From the NCBI GenBank assembly GCA_964016885.1, contig OZ024742.1, positions 196,850,001 to 196,914,000 of the forward strand: a stretch of DNA of 64,000 nt, read 5' to 3'. A program made the translations under genes and the position numbers. The stretch is from Eledone cirrhosa. Lineage: Eukaryota. The notes beneath the pieces were generated by a model, which searched no databases, was not told where the DNA came from, and saw only the letters and a program-made list of their open reading frames with translations. This document shows positions 42,269 to 55,640 of this stretch, piece after piece. How positions within the stretch are numbered: the stretch's first letter is position 1; every line of letters starts with the position of its first letter.

Positions 42269-42661
42269 CTATGAAATAATCGGGCTGGATACCCAATTAC
42301 GCGGTTGAACCAGAAGGACTTCTAGCCTTTGTCAGGGCATTCTTCTAGGAGAAGCAACTCAGGAAACTGGGATAACTCCGATATAAAATATGCGGCTCAG
42401 TCGTTACCGTTGATCTTTTCTTCTTTTCGGGTTATAGCTACTGTCGCTCAGAGAATGGGATTGGCTCAGTGCACAGTCTTTCCTCACTTTACAAAAATTT
42501 TCACGCATAGGCATTGCACGATAGAATTAATTAATAATTATTAATAATGGTATATCGTGTGATGGCTATACCCGATAACGAGGGGGCATCCATCATGTAC
42601 ATATGCATGTATGTATGTATGTATGTATGTTCTGGTTTCATTATTTTATACATTTTTACCA

Positions 42662-42718
<57 letters not shown>

Positions 42719-43819
42719 AAGCCAGTTTCTAACATAGACAGAAAACTCTTTCATTGGAATTTAGACATCAATTAGATAAATATGTATGTCTTCATGCGTG
42801 CATGTATGTATGTATGTATGTATGTATGTATGTATGTATGTATGTATGTATGTATGTATGTATGTATGTATGTATGTATGTATGTATGTATGCATGTATG
42901 ACTGTCTATCTGCTTGTCTGTATGTCTGTATGTATGTATGTCTATAGATGCCTTCACATATTTTCAGATAAAATGTCAGGAATATCATCTGAAACCTGTA
43001 GTGTATAATGTAGAGGCATATTTTACCAAATTAGCATTAACAAGCAAGACCTTTACTCTTCATAAGCCCCACATTTGTATATAATTATTTTTTAATTTCA
43101 ATTTAATGCACAGCGTAAAGCTACAAAGTCGTTTCGTTTCACAACTTAATATGTTCGCTTAAAAAAATCTCCTAAGTATAGTTTGCCTCTAAAATGATAT
43201 TAAAAAGAAAAATGGCGGCGGATTGAAAAATTCTGTTTTGAAAAAAAAACAACAAAAAAAACATGGACGTTCTAAAATTTTTCCTGTATGATAAAAATCT
43301 ATTATTGACCTTTCTTTTCACCCCCCGCCCCCACCAGCGTATAGTTCACAATTTTCTCGCAGAACTACTTAAATAATCCCAATCAAATTAAACTATTAAA
43401 GAGTCACCTCATTAAGGAAGTGTGATATATATTGAAAGAAGAAAAAAAAAACTAACAAACAAACTAACAAAAAATAACACACACACACACGTGTAAACGA
43501 ATCTTTTACGGGGAAAGATTAAATTATTCATTTCATTTTTTCCATTTATCGTTTTCGGTGCGCCCGGCCGATTAACTCACTCGATATGCAAATTAGGCTG
43601 CTCAGGCGTTAATATGCATAAGGAAAGTATATACTTTCAGACGTTCAATCATCTGGCAGGAAGATATACGATAGCTAATAAGCTTGAAACTAGTACATCG
43701 TTCCTTTGTCAGTGTTGAACAAAAGGGCAACGATGGTTGCTAAACACTGTACGGCTTAATTCGGGATGTTTGTTTACAAACAAACCGAGCATTATAATAA
43801 ATGCTCGGTAAATTCATAC

Positions 43820-43902
<83 letters not shown>

Positions 43903-44103
43903 ATGTGCATGTGTGTATATATATACATACTACTGTACGTCTGTATACATGTATGCATGTACGTGTACATACTTATATTACATTATTCCCATCTTTTATA
44001 ACTATTTTTCATTTCAAATAGACGTTTAACCATTCATTAGTACCACGTGGTTCGGCTTTCCATTAAACGTATAAAACTGTCCCCATCTTGAAAGTGTAGC
44101 ATC

Positions 44104-44382
44104 GAATAGAACTGGATAGAACTGGATAACAGCGGATAGAACTGGATAGCAGTGGATAAAAACTGGATAGCAGTGAATAGAATTGGATAGAATTGGATAA
44201 CAGCGGAGAGAACTGGATAGCAGTGGATAGAACTGGATAGAATTGGATAGAACTGGATAGAATTGGATAGCAGTGGATAGAACTGGATAGAACAGGATAG
44301 CAGTGGATAGAACTGGATAGCAGTGGATAGAACTGGATCGAACTGGATAGCAGTGGATAGAACTGGATAGTGGTGGATAGAA
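44104..44382 (+). repeat. 10-bp minisatellite AACTGGATAG/CAGTGGATAG
   Basis: About 28 units. Confidence 0.95.
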
Positions 44383-45635
44383 CAATTTAAAGACCTAACA
44401 ATGCTTGATAGATGGTTTTATCAGTCGTCATTTAGTTTCTTTCGTAGTTTACGAAGAAATAACTTCATGTGTTGGGCCTCCGTCGGTCCGACGACGAATT
44501 TTCCAGATGTTCGAACAACGGAACAGCCAGCGTGTGGAATTGTATGTAGCTGAGCTTTCTACAGACATGTATACCTTTAACGCAGTTCTCAGGGAGATTC
44601 AGCATAAGATGGTTTACAACTTTGAATTTTCTAGTACAACTCATTTTTTTGCCAGTTGAGAGAATTGGAGTAACGTGAAATAAAGTGCCTTGTTCAATCA
44701 AGGACACAATGTGCCATTAGGAATCAAACTGAAGATCTTACGCTCATGAGCCGAACACCACGAGCCAGGCACCTTTACAATACCTCCATTAAACTTGATG
44801 TGGATATCACTGTTTGATTCTAAGTGCAATGTAAAAGTAAATGATCAAGTCAAAGACTAGAGATGTTTCTTATATCCTAATATCAGGGTTGTGTTGTTTC
44901 AGTCATTGGTTGTGGCCATGCTGGAGCAGCACCTTCTGGAGACTTTGTCTATCATATTGGCTGCAGTCACGAGACAAGGAAAATGAAATTATTTAAAAAA
45001 ATGATAAAGGAATGCAGGAAATTACTCAGGAATGTCTTCTTCTGCACGAAAAGCCAGTTATTGAATGAGTGTTAAACTCATGTAATGTAATGGTACAGAT
45101 TGACTCTTAATGTAAATAATAACAACAGTGAGTCTAAATACAACAAGCGCACGAGAAAGAATACTCAATCATCGCTACTCCAATGATATGAGCCTTGGTG
45201 GTGTGGGAGAATGCTCTCTGTCTTATAGAATCCTAGGCACAGTTCGATAAGTGGTCCCAGTAGACAAACTGGAGAAAGCATTACACCGTGGGATAACGAG
45301 GGAAACGCGTTGAAATAGCTGTTCCAACTTGCGGGGTTCTTTCCAGTGGGTTGCCAACTCCACCCCCAATAGCAGTGTAATATAGTGTAACAAAACCGAA
45401 TCAGGCCCGGAGACATCAACGTAATTGTCAAATATTACATTCACTACATATTTCTTGCCGCACCATTCAATTCCGAAATAATTTTAAATTCGGAGTTGTC
45501 ACCCCTGTTTTTCTTGACCAGAACAGATTAAGCTATATGTCATTGTCACACATTATTGGATGCATCAATATTTACATATACAAATATATAGAATTAAATA
45601 AACTAAACGTTAATGTAAAAATATATGAGATTTAC

Positions 45636-45689
45636 CTTATTACCATCCAAGCCATTTACGCCGAAAGGGCCTGGTTCTCCGGCAGGCCC
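45636..45689 (-). CDS. Collagen exon (54 bp) GPAGEPGPFGVNGLDGNK
   Basis: ctattttgcag|GGGCCT...AATAAG|gtaaat; also visible inside ORF 45603..45818. Confidence 0.94.
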
Positions 45690-46501
45690 CTGCAAAATAG
45701 ATAAGAAAACAATACATAATTTATTGGGAATAATCTTCCAAGCATGATAGCGACACCAGCAAACATCTACACACACACGCACACACACAAACGCACACAC
45801 ACACATACACACACACATATATATATGAGAAATGATGGCTGTTTACTTTGAAAAATGAGGAGAGATCGAAAGGAGAATGCCTCATGGCACACTGTGAAAA
45901 AAAGAAAGAACTATATTGTGTTCACTATACTGGTTTACTATTCTGGGTTCATATGACGACATGGAACAGAAGCTGAATTCCGTTCAGCAGTGTGAGTGCA
46001 GACTGCTCCAACAAGTGTATCACATTAACTCTCGTTGTAGCCCCGTGACCAGGTGAAATGAACCATGCTAGCGCTCTATATATTAGTACAGATCAATAGT
46101 CGATCAAATCGATCCCAGTAATTGTTTGGTTCTTTATCGACTCCAGATTTGAACTCAGAGCGTAGAGTGTCAGAACAATTACCGCATGATATTATCCGAT
46201 GCTCTACCGATTCTGACAAATCACTGCCCTTCAAATTTCATTGGTTTAGCTATATTAGTTTAGTTATCTAAGATATGAAACCCATGGTTCTAAGTGGTGT
46301 GATAGAGGTGAAGCTTTATCCAAGCTTCTACTGACTTGCAGGTGTAAAGGGGACATTATCCATCAGGTATTGGAAGGGAGTGGATCTTTTAGGGTATTCG
46401 TTTTGTAATAAAAATATAAGAAAAAGCATAAAAATATAAAGTAGAAATGTTATAAAATTCTTTCACAAATTCTCACATCCAAAGTATGTAGGAAAACTTA
46501 C

Positions 46502-46555
46502 AATTTGTCCCCGTGGTCCTCTGATTCCAGGAATACCAGCACTTCCTTTAGCTCC
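46502..46555 (-). CDS. Collagen exon (54 bp) GAKGSAGIPGIRGPRGQI
   Basis: tttctatattctag|GGAGCT...CAAATT|gtaagt; 6 Gly-X-Y triplets. Confidence 0.94.
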
Positions 46556-47181
46556 CTAGAATATAGAAATAATATTATGAAACGTATTTGAAAAAGAGTT
46601 TATATATAGAAAGTAGTTTGTCGTTGTTGTGTTAACACAAACATTTCACAAGTCCGTCAAATCATTTGAAGTAATTCCCTAAGCACTTGATGATTGAAGA
46701 AATGAATTCTTTGTTTCTCTCCTGGTTTGATTTATTTATTTAAGAAAACTAATTAGAGAGCTTAATTGAGCTTCGACTTATTTCTGTATATTACTTTATA
46801 TAAATGCATTCATTTGTTTTATATCGAATAATAATAATATTCGATTTATTTGCAAGCAAACAGCCTCATTACACTATGTGTTTTAGATGATCACCGCTAT
46901 CCTTTTGTTCTGTCACGGAGTAAAGTGGCCGTTTGCTTGCAAACGAATCGAATATTATCAATATTCGATATAAAACACATGAATGCATTTACGTATCGGC
47001 TATATTACAGCGAAACTAATTTTGTTTTTATATATTCTTTTATTATTACCTAGCAGAATGGCCCGGTGTTGCTCGGAATTTGCTTTAGGGTTCTTATATA
47101 TTTGATATATATTTATCCTTATCGACCCTCGTGAAATAAATACGTTTGTTTATATTTTATTATTGTGTATGCTCTGTACAC

Positions 47182-47247
<66 letters not shown>

Positions 47248-47400
47248 TAACAGATTAAAGTTTAAGCAAAGAATCGCTGCTTTCACCCTTAACGGGATCT
47301 TCTGAAACTAAAAAAATCAATCTGTGAACGCAGAAGTAAATATTTCGACATTATGACGTCACTATATGTGTGTGTGTGTGTATATATATGTATATATATA

Positions 47401-47460
<60 letters not shown>

Positions 47461-47462
<2 letters not shown>

Positions 47463-47790
47463 AAAGTTATATTTAAAATTGTTGGGTTACAACTAGTAAA
47501 TATTTATAACTGATATAAAAGCACTCGACAAATATTTGGAGTATATTTACAATATTAAATAAATGGAAACTATATTTATAAAACCATATTTATTTCATTA
47601 TATATATTTCAGGGATATCATATTAACAATATGCTATGCCTTCCTCAGACAAAATACAATATAAACAGTTTTATAGATAAATAGATTCGACATACCGTAA
47701 CAACATCGACTTGCATTTGAAGAGGCTTGTGCCAGTAATCTGGGGTGAGGGGAATCACCCCTCACCCCAGACCATTATAAGGGCCCAACG
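47461..47790 (-). mobile_element. HHR-bearing element, diverged relative of the 48297 element
   Basis: Homologous to 48490-48715 in reverse orientation; tail-only copy at 20021-20107; small hairpin at about 47739-47771. Confidence 0.7.
47591..47656 (-). ncRNA. Type I minimal hammerhead ribozyme
   Basis: tattttgt-CTGAGGA-AGG..CATATT gtt AATATG..CCT-GAAA-TATATA-TA-atgaaata. Confidence 0.78.
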
Positions 47791-47913
47791 TTATATCTAT
47801 GTATCTATCTAAAAAGAAAGACTAAGAATTATAGAGAGAGATCGCTAAATCTAATGCGGTTTTTTTCTCTCAAAAGACTCACAGGACCATAAGTATTACA
47901 TATGTAAAGTTTG

Positions 47914-47995
<82 letters not shown>

Positions 47996-47997
47996 AA

Positions 47998-48183
47998 AAG
48001 AGTCAAGACCCCGACGTCTGAACTCCGGCCGTTTCGATCTGAGTTCGGGTCTAGCTGTCGAAACGGCCGGAGCTCAGCCGTCGGGGTCATGACTCTTATC
48101 ACCTCACTGACGCTACTACCCTAAGTATCGAGTACTCTGGTGCGTTATGGTCCACCTGGTTTCTTACCATTCTTTCTTTGTTT
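47998..48183 (+). mobile_element. Fold-back half-hammerhead element (family of 24791)
   Basis: Hairpin 47998-48097 with GAAACGGC..GCCGTC-ggggtc; same tail as 24937-25013. Confidence 0.72.
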
Positions 48184-48327
48184 ATATATATATATATATA
48201 GAAGACCTTCTATATTAAAAGGTCTTCTATATTAAAATGTAGAAGCTCTTCTATATTAATATATATATATATATACATATATATACAAGATATTTATAAA
48301 TGGAAACTATATTTATGAAACCATAAT

Positions 48328-48393
48328 TATTTTATTATATATATTTCAAGGGCGACCAAGGTAAATTATGGTGCGCTTTCATCAGATAAAATA
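48328..48393 (-). ncRNA. Type I minimal hammerhead ribozyme (left arm of palindrome)
   Basis: Reverse complement of 48517-48582. Confidence 0.8.
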
Positions 48394-48516
48394 CAGATTT
48401 GTTTTATAAATAAATATTGACATACCCGGAAAAAAGACAACTTCACCGGTTGAAATTCGCTGGATAGTGAATTTCAACCGGTGAGGTTGTCAATATTTAT
48501 TTATAAAACAAATCTG

Positions 48517-48582
48517 TATTTTATCTGATGAAAGCGCACCATAATTTACCTTGGTCGCCCTTGAAATATATATAATAAAATA
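48517..48582 (+). ncRNA. Type I minimal hammerhead ribozyme (right arm of palindrome)
   Basis: tattttat-CTGATGA-AAG..ACCA..TGGT..CTT-GAAA-TATATA-TA-ataaaata; perfect 8-bp stem I. Confidence 0.82.
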
Positions 48583-48757
48583 ATTATGGTTTTATAAATA
48601 TAGTTTCCATTTAATAATATATTGTATATTTACTCCACTAACTTGTTGAGTGCTTTATATCAGTTATAAAAATGTTTAAGCTTGTTGAATCCCAACAATT
48701 TAAATAGAACTTCTACATATATATATATATGTATGTGTGTCTGTGTCTGTGTATGTT

Positions 48758-48816
<59 letters not shown>

Positions 48817-48839
48817 TTATATATATATATATATATATA

Positions 48840-48922
<83 letters not shown>

Positions 48923-49113
48923 CTATGTATATATATATATATGTGTGTGTATGTGTGTGTATGCGTGTGTGTGTGTGTGTGTGTGAGAATCAAAATGTAT
49001 ATTTTTTTCATCAATGCAAATCGAATATTTCTATTAAAACCCGTGTTCATTAGAAAGAAGAATGAAATACTTCACAATTGGGTAGAAATTGAAAGTTTAT
49101 AAATGGTACATAC

Positions 49114-49158
49114 ATCTCTACCGTCTGCTCCTTGAATACCAGGAGGTCCAACAACACC
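49114..49158 (-). CDS. Collagen exon (45 bp) GVVGPPGIQGADGRD
   Basis: tcttttatatag|GGTGTT...AGAGAT|gtatgt; 5 Gly-X-Y triplets. Confidence 0.93.
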
Positions 49159-49224
49159 CTATATAAAAGAGAATCAGTTTGTAAATGTTAGATATAATAG
49201 TTATGAAATGCAACTGAGTTTTTG

Positions 49225-49414
49225 CATACATATCTCTTCAGATCCTGTGATCATTGGGGTTCTGCGTTATGTTACTAACAGCTTCATTACAAATCTTGAG
49301 AAGCTGGGTTTCATAGAACCAAAAAGAATGCGACTAGTTAGGAAATTACAAATACAATCCATTAATGGAACTGCAAAAATATGTAAAACATTCCAAAAAT
49401 TCTGTATGAAATAA
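49225..49414 (+). mobile_element. R4/Dong-like non-LTR C-terminal fragment
   Basis: PVIIGVLRYV..NLEKLG..KLQIQSINGTAKICKTF. Confidence 0.55.
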
Positions 49415-49644
49415 TGGCATGTATAGAAACAAAACATATTCACATGTGCACATTCAAAATATATACATCAACACATACAATAACATTCATACCTGCTCAC
49501 ACACAAACACACGCACAAACATATACGTATGCACACATACATATTTACCTATATGATGTTTAAATTCCATGAAAGAGTCTTGTGTCAATGTTAGAAACCG
49601 ACTCTCTCTCTTGGTAAACATTTATAAAATGATGAAACCAGAAC

Positions 49645-50490
49645 ATGCATACATACATACATACATACATACATACATACATACATACATACATACATAC
49701 ATACATACATACATACATACATGGTGGCTGCCAACTCGTTTTCGAGTACGGCCACTACTTTATATCCAGGTAGGAGAACCCCTACCGATGCGCTGAACGA
49801 GTGTGACTTTTTAGTCCAGCCAGCGACTTGAAAACTCTGGTACAAACACTACACTTGTGACAATTATTGACACATAGTGCAGGGTCCATGGTACCATGTG
49901 ACGACAAGTGCAGAGAGATCTCCAGATATAAAGCAATGCCTGTGCCGTGAAGCTTTTATAGTAAGCAAAGGCACTGCACAAAGCCAGTCCCACTCTCTTA
50001 ACCAAGATGATATTTACCAAAAAGAAGAACAAGTCAACATCATTGGATACCATCAGGGTTGCAGGTGTTATATCAGAGTTTTCCTTCTCCTAGAATTCTG
50101 CCTTGACAAAGGCTAAGGGGCCATATGATGACTGCAACTCGATTTCGAGTAATGATATCGCTTGATACTTAAGCATGAGCTGCACTGACGTTGCATTTCA
50201 ATCCTGCTAGGGACTCCCAGGACAACGGGCCCAGGCTGCAGTGCCCTGGAAAACCCGCCAGGTCAGGCCCTTTCACTATCCGTTCCAGAGCCCTTGGCCA
50301 GCAATGCCATGCAATGCAAACGGTGTCACAAATCAAGCGATGTCTGCGCTTGAAGATTTATTAAGTGAGGAAAGGCTTTGCACGGAACCAATCCCACTCT
50401 CTGAACATCAAAGAAGAACTGGGTTACATCATTGGATGCAAACGAAGTCGCAGGTTTTATATCAGAGTGACCTTCTCCTAGAAAGATGTC
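49645..50490 (-). mobile_element. Two stacked RTE-derived non-autonomous elements
   Basis: 49645-50120 matches the 4069 family; 50126-50490 matches 61400-61866; relatives at about 18455-18750 and 53602-53875. Confidence 0.75.
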
Positions 50491-51210
50491 GCAATGAAGA
50501 CTATGTGTTTCTCACTCCACTACCCACCTAAAAAAATACTTTATTGTATGGTCGTTGACTCTCCTGAGTTCATACATACATACGTACATACATACATACG
50601 TACATACATACAGACATGCACACACATATATACATACATTGTTGTTATTGTTGTTGGATCTCTGTCGGTTCCGATGACGAGTATTCCAGTTGTTTGATCA
50701 ACTGAACAGTTGAAATTAACGTGTAAGTAATTGACCATTCCACAAACACGTGTACCTTTAACACAACGAAAAACCCTTCAAACCAAACAAAGATACATTG
50801 GATATTGATATCTTAGATGTAGTAAGTTTGAGAAAAGGACGGGATAGTCACGGCTGGAACACATCTGATGATAAATATGTTTAATTATTAGGGCAGATTT
50901 TGTGCTACACAATAATGTTTCTACTTTAGGTACAAGGCCAGCAATTACCCAGTGTATTACTGGTGCTTTATTTTATCGACCCCCTAAGGATGAAAGGCAA
51001 AGTTAACCTCGGCGGGATTTGAGCTCAAAATGTAAAGGGCCATAACTCTACGCTGAAAAGCATGTTGTCTGACGCTCTACCGATACTGCCATACCACCTG
51101 TTACACAATAATAACAACGCACATCCTAGAAATACAATGGAAGCCAGTATGTGCAAATATTCTTATAAAAACTTGCACAGATGAAGTATTCTAGAATATT
51201 GCATAAATAC

Positions 51211-51264
51211 CTCTAATCCGGGATCACCAATCCTTCCAGGTTCACCTTGCGTTCCTATAGGACC
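51211..51264 (-). CDS. Collagen exon (54 bp) GPIGTQGEPGRIGDPGLE
   Basis: tttctatttcag|GGTCCT...TTAGAG|gtattt; 6 Gly-X-Y triplets, phase 0/0. Confidence 0.93.
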
Positions 51265-51467
51265 CTGAAATAGAAAGTATAGCAACATCGTAAGTATAGA
51301 AAAGTCATATATATTTAGGTAAAATTCCCCTTGAAAACACTTGGCAAAGGGAATTTATTTTGTTAAAAAGAATTCAAACCCTTCAACATATATTACGGAT
51401 ACTTTCCACTTCATGTTTCTAATCGTCAAAACTATAATCTCCTCATTTAACACATTATCACTGATCA

Positions 51468-53367
51468 TAATATAATATAATATAATATAATATAATATAA
51501 TATAATATAATATAATATAATATAATATAATATAATTGTTTCTACTTTAGGCACAAGGCCAGCAATTACCAGTGCATTACTGGTACTTTATTTTATCGAC
51601 CCCGTAAGGATGAAAGGCAAAGTCAACCTCGGCGGGATTTGAACTCAGATGGTAAAGGGACGTAACTATGCTGGAAAGCATGGCGTCCGACCCTCTACCG
51701 ATAATGCCAATCCACCGATAATATAATATAATATAATATAATATAATATAATATAATATAATATAATATAATATAATATAATATAATATAATATAATATA
51801 ATATAATATAATATAATATAATATAATATAATATGATATAATATAATATAATATAATATAATATAATATGATATAATATGATATAATATGATATAATATG
51901 ATATAATATGATATATGATATGATATGATATGATATGATATGATATGATATGATATGATATGATATGATATGATATGATATGATATGATATGATATGATA
52001 TGATATGATATGATATGATATGATATGATATGATATGATATGATATGATATGATATGATATGATATGATATGATATGATATGATATGATATGATATGATA
52101 TGATATGATATGATATGATATGATATGATATGATATGATATGATATGATATGATATGATATGATATGATATGATATGATATGATATGATATGATATGATA
52201 TGATATGATATGATATGATATGATATGATATGATATGATATGATATGATATGATATGATATGATATGATATGATATGATATGATATGATATGATATGATA
52301 TGATATGATATGATATGATATGATATGATATGATATGATATGATATGATATGATATGATATGATATGATATGATATGATATGATATGATATGATATGATA
52401 TGATATGATATGATATGATATGATATGATATGATATGATATGATATGATATGATATGATATGATATGATATGATATGATATGATATGATATGATATGATA
52501 TGATATGATATGATATGATATGATATGATATGATATGATATGATATGTGATATGATATGATATGATATGATATGATATGATATGATATGATATGATATGA
52601 TATGATATGATATGATATGATATGATATGATATGATATGATATATGATATGATATGATATGATATGATATGATATGATATGATATGATATGATATGATAT
52701 GATATGATATGATATGATATGATATGATATGATATATAATATAATATAATATAATATAATATATCATATAATATAATATAATATAATATAATATAATATA
52801 ATATAATATAATATATAATATAATATAATATAATATAATATAATATAACAAAACAAAACAAAACATAACATAACATAACATAACATAACATAACATAACA
52901 TAACATATAATATAATATAATATAATATAATATCATATCATATCATATCATATCATATCATATCATATCATATCATATCATATCATATCATATCATATCA
53001 TATCATATCATATCATATCATATCATATCATATCATATCATATCATATCATATCATATCATATCATATCATATCATATCATATCATATCATATCATATCA
53101 TATATCATATCATATCATATCATATCATATCATATCATATCATATCATATCATATCATATCATATCATATCATATCATATCATATCATATCATATCATAT
53201 CATATCATATCATATCATATCATATCATATCATATCATATCATATCATATCATATCATAATATAATATAATATAATATAATATAATATAATATAATATAA
53301 TATAATATAATATAATATAATATAATATAATATAATATAATATAATATAATATAATATAATATAATA
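51468..53367. repeat. Compound pentanucleotide array (ATAAT)n-(ATGAT)n-(ATAAC)n-(ATCAT)n-(ATAAT)n
   Basis: Direct reading; interrupted by the SINE at 51534. Confidence 0.97.
51534..51716 (-). mobile_element. Family-1 SINE embedded in pentanucleotide array
   Basis: Near-identical to the 2220 and 55170 copies. Confidence 0.9.
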
Positions 53368-53600
53368 TAATTGTTTCTACTTTTGACATAAGGCACTTTT
53401 GACACATTACTGGTACTTTATTTTTAAAACCCTGTAAGGATGAAAGGCAAAGCTAGCCTCGACGGGATTTGAACTCAGAATGGCAAAGGCCGTAACTCTA
53501 TGCTTCAAAGCATGGCGTCCGACCCTCTACCGATACTGCCAATCCACCAGTTAACCTCGGCGGGATTTGAACTCAGAACATAAAGGCCATAACTATATAT
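53368..53600 (-). mobile_element. Family-1 SINE plus partial second copy
   Basis: Family consensus; 3' tail merges into (ATAAT)n. Confidence 0.85.
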
Positions 53601-53899
53601 ACATGATGGCTGCCAACTCTGCTAAGAGTATTACAATCGCTTGTCAGATTATAGAGTTCGGTTACCTTTTGGTTGCGGCCAGGCACACGAACCTGTAACA
53701 TATCCTGAACAAGCGATGCCTGTGCTTTGAAAGTTTTTTTAAAGTGGGGAAAGGCCTTGCACTCGACCAATCCCACTCTCTGAGCATCGAAAACTATCCA
53801 AAAAGGAGAACTGGCCAGCATCATCGGATGCTTCCGTAGCCACAGGTTTTTTTTCGGAGTTTCCCTCTCTTAGAAAGGTGTTGTGACAACGTACATACG

Positions 53900-53933
<34 letters not shown>

Positions 53934-54035
53934 TGTATGCATAAGTAATATAATATATTATATGTGTATATCTATGTGTCTATGTGTGTGTATGCGTGTG
54001 TGTGTCTATATATTCGGTTAGACAGCATACTGTAC

Positions 54036-54089
54036 CATGTCCCCTTTAGGTCCCATTGATCCTCGTAATCCATTTCGTCCTGGTGGTCC
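54036..54089 (-). CDS. Collagen triple-helix exon (54 bp) GPPGRNGLRGSMGPKGDM
   Basis: Minus strand tttactttcag|GGACCA...GACATG|gtacag; 6 Gly-X-Y triplets, phase 0/0. Confidence 0.93.
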
Positions 54090-54279
54090 CTGAAAGTAAA
54101 AAATAAATATATTAACTTATTGAATATATAATTTCATTAGCAGTAACTAATATACAAGCATATGCTTCCATAGAATTGTTAATGTTTCCTTACATACTGT
54201 ATATGCTTCCATACATATTTTATATGCTGACATACATAATTTCAGTTTGAATTCATTAACTCTTAACGTCCTGTAACCT

Positions 54280-54515
54280 CTTTAGAAAAACATTCTCTTT
54301 GAGGATGTGGAGGAGATGAAAGATGCTGTGGTAAGCGCTCTGGAGACCTACACTTTGAGGTCTACAAGTGGGGCAGGCTTCCAGAGGAGGCTGGAGCGCT
54401 ACAACAAGTGCATTGAAGTTGGAGGATCCTACTTCGAGGGAGAATAGAGTTTTATGTTGAGTTAAATAAATGTCTCTCTGATAAACGTCTCAAAACCTCT
54501 TGAGTGGACCTCGTA
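54280..54515 (+). mobile_element. Mariner transposase C-terminal remnant with right TIR
   Basis: FEDVEEMKDAV..FQRRLERYNKCIEVGGSYFEGE*, ending ...GGACCTCGTA. Confidence 0.7.
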
Positions 54516-54739
54516 AAATAGCTCTATGGCTGTATCATTAAAAATTATAGTCTTAACCCAAGCTTACTGTACATTTTCACAGTGATCTGTCGAGTAGTAA
54601 AGATACTATAAACATTTGAATTTACAAACTCGTTTTAAGATATTTCTTATCAATTCATTACAGGACGTTAACAATTAATAAATGCGAACTGGAAATAACA
54701 ATAATAGTAATTGAATTCAAATTATTTTAGTCTTTTAAT

Positions 54740-55640
54740 AATGGTTTCTTATATAGGCACAAGGCCAGCAATTTTGGGGGAGGGCAAAGTCGATTAAATC
54801 GACCCCAGTGCGTGACTGGTACTTTATTTTATCGGCCCCGTAAGGATGAAAGGCAAAGTTAACCTCAGCAGTATTTGGACTCAGATCATAAAGGGCTTTA
54901 ACTCTATGCTGCAAAGCATGGCGTCGAACCCCTCTACTGCCAATTCACCACCCTTTAGTCTTTTAATAATGCGAGGTCAGTATTGTTGTGGTGGTGTTGT
55001 ATAACAAGATATTTGATAATGCGAGGTTTGTATTTGTGTAGTGTTATTTTATAACAAAAATACTTAAAAATGTGAAGTCTGTATCATTGTGGAGTCGTTG
55101 TATACCAAACATGTTTGATAATACGAGGTCTGTATTGTAGTATCTTTGTAAAAAAAAAGAAAAAGTTAATAATTGTTTCTACTTTAGGCACAAGGCCAGC
55201 AATTACCCAGTGCATTACTGGTACTTTATTTTATCGACCCCGTAAGGATGAAAGGCAAAGTCAACCTCGGCGGGATTTGAACTCAGATCGTAAAGGGACG
55301 TAACTATGCTGGAAAGCATGGCGTCCGACCCTCTACCGATACTGCCAATCCAAAGTTAATAATGCGAGGTCTGTATTGTTGTAATATCTGTGTATAACAA
55401 ACATATTTAATAATTGTTTTTACTCTTGGCACAAGGCCAGCAATTATCCCAGTGTATTACTGGTACTTTATTTTATCGACCTCGTAAGGATGAAAGGCAA
55501 AGTTAACCTCGGCGGTATTTGAACTCAGACCGTGAACATATTTAATAATGGGAGATCTGTATTGTTGTAATATATCGTTATAAAACAACAAAATATATTT
55601 GATAATGCGAGGTCTGTATTGTTGTAGTATCGTTGTGTAA
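54740..55640 (-). mobile_element. Three family-1 SINEs inserted in a roughly 50-bp minisatellite
   Basis: Copies at about 54743-54953, 55174-55351 and 55414-55530, each with a TSD containing TAATAAT. Confidence 0.8.

Larger units (their letters stand above)
48297..48715. mobile_element. Palindromic HHR element, 126-bp arms with internal hairpin
   Basis: Arms 48297-48422 and 48488-48613; hairpin at about 48437-48490; tail runs to (TA)n. Confidence 0.85.

Noticed and set aside
51577-52936. 439-aa and 413-aa ORFs (ISYHI repeats)
   Set aside because: Translation of a stop-free pentanucleotide microsatellite
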